A stretch of 64,000 nt of DNA from the IMG/VR virus record IMGVR_UViG_3300036792_000176, positions 23,998 through 87,997 of that record; one strand, given 5' to 3'. The DNA comes from a virus. Position 1 is the stretch's first letter. Every line of letters starts with the position of its first letter. The notes beneath the pieces are model-generated. The model was not told the origin of the DNA. It searched no databases and was given only the letters and a program-made list of their open reading frames with translations. Of the stretch, positions 61,531-64,000 are shown in pieces. A program made the translations under genes and the position numbers.

Positions 61531-62016
61531 CTAGGGCGTCTGTGCCCATAGATCATTGACGATGACCGGGATATTGACGGTCATAACACGGAACATCTTT
61601 CTGTCTATCTCGACATACCCGGCAGCCGCCGACATAGCAGTTCCGTACATGCCAAGAAGATCGAGGCAACGGACACTGACATCTGCAGCACCGAACGTGA
61701 AACTATTCGTCATAGCGGCCATTATGTCATTAGCCGCAGATGTGACTATTGGGTCTATCATGTCAAATGGCTGAGATATGAATGACATGTAAACTCTGGC
61801 AGCCAGAAGCAGTACGCCGGAGGTAGCGCTCAGCCCTGATCCATCTGCCACCGGCTTTATGGACTGAACCCAAACTGATCCAGTTATGCCGGTATTCGGG
61901 GCCTGCTTGGGCTCGTGCTGGTTTACAGAGTCAAGTGTCCCCAGCCCCTGCATGATGCTGACGATACTATTGATTATGCTATTGATACCATCAGCATCAA
62001 GCTGGGGAGTTGTCAT
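61531..62016 (-). CDS. tail terminator-like protein
   Basis: size, position, HEPKQAP motif and VNDLW end. Confidence 0.6.
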   Translation of the reverse strand: MTTPQLDADGINSIINSIVSIMQGLGTLDSVNQHEPKQAPNTGITGSVWVQSIKPVADGSGLSATSGVLLLAARVYMSFISQPFDMIDPIVTSAANDIMAAMTNSFTFGAADVSVRCLDLLGMYGTAMSAAAGYVEIDRKMFRVMTVNIPVIVNDLWAQTP

Positions 62017-63137
62017 GACAGTCCTGGCACCGCCAGACCATTAGCCACGGCGCGCTCAAGCGCGGACTTCTCTTCTCGGTTTATATGGCGAAGGCATGTC
62101 GGTGCCATTACGCATGCCATCATCAGGTTGCCCTGGACAAGCTTCTGCTCCCAGGATGGCACGGTGGTAATAGATTCATTCACCATGTTGCTATACTGCG
62201 GCTCCGGCCTCGTGTTCTTGTCGAGCGAAGCATTCCACACAGAGCGTGCCTCGAGGAACTCTGCCACACACGCGAGGCAGGCGTCTCGTTTGCTTTCGTT
62301 CAATTGTCTCACTCTCTCAGTAATCGTTGATCTCGTGGAGGTATGGCGGTAGCTCTTGCATGGCTATGTCGAATGCCATGTCGTTGAGCACGCCTGTTAT
62401 CTTACGGAAGGTGTGGTATCCCTCGAAGCGCGGGCTCATCCCGCGACTTACGCGCCCGGGCCAGAAGAATGTGTTGCCCACAGCGATGCCCTCTATCCAA
62501 GGACCGTATATCGCCTCGTCCTGAACAACAAGGGTGTGGTTATCGACAGATATGTCCTTGTGTATCGTAGACACAAGGAATCCGGCGTCCCCGGGAATCG
62601 GGTTGTTCTTTGGATTGCCACCATTGTGCCCCAGGTACATGTACTGTGTGGGGAGATAGGCGCGTGTCATGGACGCACCTTTGTTGCCGAGCTCGTCCTC
62701 CAGATGCGATCTGTAACGTTCCATTATCCCGTCGGCAAGACCTTCGGCAATGGCACCGTGGAGGTTTACTTCCATCCATATTGATACCTTGCCCATATCG
62801 GCCATCACGCACCCCCTCTCGCTACCCGATCGAGATGCTCGGCATGCAAACGGTGTATGAGCTCGTGATGCGGCTTCTGCCCCTTGAGGTCCGGGTGGTG
62901 ATGGCGACATAGCTTGAACATTCCGCCAGCAGCCTCATACTTACCGCGCCGAAGGCATTTCCATGAGTCGTGGCAGGTCTGCCCCATATACCATGTTACG
63001 ATGAACACAAGAGCTCCCACTATGAATGACCCAGATACCCCAGACCAGAAGTCATATGGCACCCACACGCCGTAGGGTGCACCATAGTCGCAGCCGAAGA
63101 AGTGAATCAAGAAGTGCAATATGATTATCGTTATCAT
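62013..63137 (-). CDS. hypothetical (62013-62312), HK97 gp10-like neck protein (62317-62805) and membrane protein (62805-63137)
   Basis: YGPWIEG...RFEGYHTFR motif in the middle ORF. Confidence 0.6.
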
Positions 63138-64000
63138 ATCACACGACTCCTGGCCTTGCGGACATAGATGCTGTCCTGGAACTGCGATATTAGCGCTGTC
63201 AGGCCGACGCCGGGGGCTGCCTCTTTCTGCGAGCCCTCTGTGCGCTGGTTGGATCCATACCAGCTAGAAGACATCGCCACGGCGTAAGCTGCAGGCTCGT
63301 TGGTGATTCCGACAACTGATAGCGCTACGGCAAGATTTTTCACAAGGCCGGGTACCGTGTTTATGTATGCATTAGTGCCGGTCGTGTGTGTGGCAGCAGT
63401 TGTCCCGAGCACGCCGCGCTGTACGGTAAGTAGCCGATTAGCCCAGAGGGAAGATCCGCTGTGCGTAGCGAGCACAGACCCGCTCCAGGAACGCTTGACG
63501 ATAAGATTGTTCCCCATTATCGTCTGTATAAGCATAAGCTCTGAATCGTACAGGATCGTCTCGTCCGGGCTAAACTTCGTGCCGTCAGCCACGACAATGG
63601 TGTTATCTGCAGCAGACTTGGCCGTCGCTCCTGATATCGGAGCGATTCCGGTATTCACGTACTGGCAGTCAGTCACGAGCATTCGCTCACCGTCAACTAT
63701 CAGCACATCTCCGGTACCAGCGCCGGATAGCGGCCCGTCAGACATCTGGACGGTATTCTGCGAAACGGTAGTGATGCCTGAAGCGATAGTCCCGACCAGT
63801 GACTTCTTGTTCCAGAATCCAAATGTTCCTGTTATCGCAATGTCAAGCTGAGGGGTCGGGTTGTTGCCGAATGATGAGCTGAGGTCCCTCCGTAGTTCAA
63901 TCTCGGTGAAAGGAGGGCCCTCGTTCACGGGCTGCATGATGTAATTGCCGGTCGGGATCACCACAGGGGAAGGGAGTAGTGATCCCGACACACGAGGGTG
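63134..64000 (-). CDS. head-to-tail connector-region structural protein, 5' end probably outside the window
   Basis: open frame to the window edge; ITGTFGF and VQRGVLGTTAATH motifs. Confidence 0.6.
   Translation of the reverse strand, partial: HPRVSGSLLPSPVVIPTGNYIMQPVNEGPPFTEIELRRDLSSSFGNNPTPQLDIAITGTFGFWNKKSLVGTIASGITTVSQNTVQMSDGPLSGAGTGDVLIVDGERMLVTDCQYVNTGIAPISGATAKSAADNTIVVADGTKFSPDETILYDSELMLIQTIMGNNLIVKRSWSGSVLATHSGSSLWANRLLTVQRGVLGTTAATHTTGTNAYINTVPGLVKNLAVALSVVGITNEPAAYAVAMSSSWYGSNQRTEGSQKEAAPGVGLTALISQFQDSIYVRKARSRVI

Overview
Most of a high-GC tailed (siphovirus-like) phage genome, very probably infecting an actinomycete. There is no integrase, capsid or terminase in the window. 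The + strand (1-46.9 kb) holds early, accessory and replication genes: primase-polymerase/helicase, SNF2-type helicase, Cas4/RecB-like nuclease, AAA recombinase, SSB-like, ParB-like, and a DnaE split into two genes. It also carries a candidate nucleotide-modification block (flavin oxidoreductase, HIT, variant ThyX, DEDD exonuclease, SAM methyltransferase, Nmad1-like) and a tRNA/ncRNA-rich island. RuvC lies on the - strand. The - strand (47-64 kb) holds the lysis cassette, giant tail protein, tape measure, frameshifted tail chaperone, tail tube and head-tail genes. The most unusual signals are: (1) recurrent 80-190 bp islands with no CA/TG dinucleotide, at promoters and even inside coding sequence; (2) a stand-alone copy of the primase-helicase C-terminal domain beside an origin-like inverted-repeat/iteron region; (3) tRNA-punctuated small structured RNAs, including an anticodon-less tRNA and a minihelix; (4) a multi-hairpin RNA with C-rich, anti-Shine-Dalgarno-like loops. 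All functional calls come from motif recognition by eye, not from database searches.
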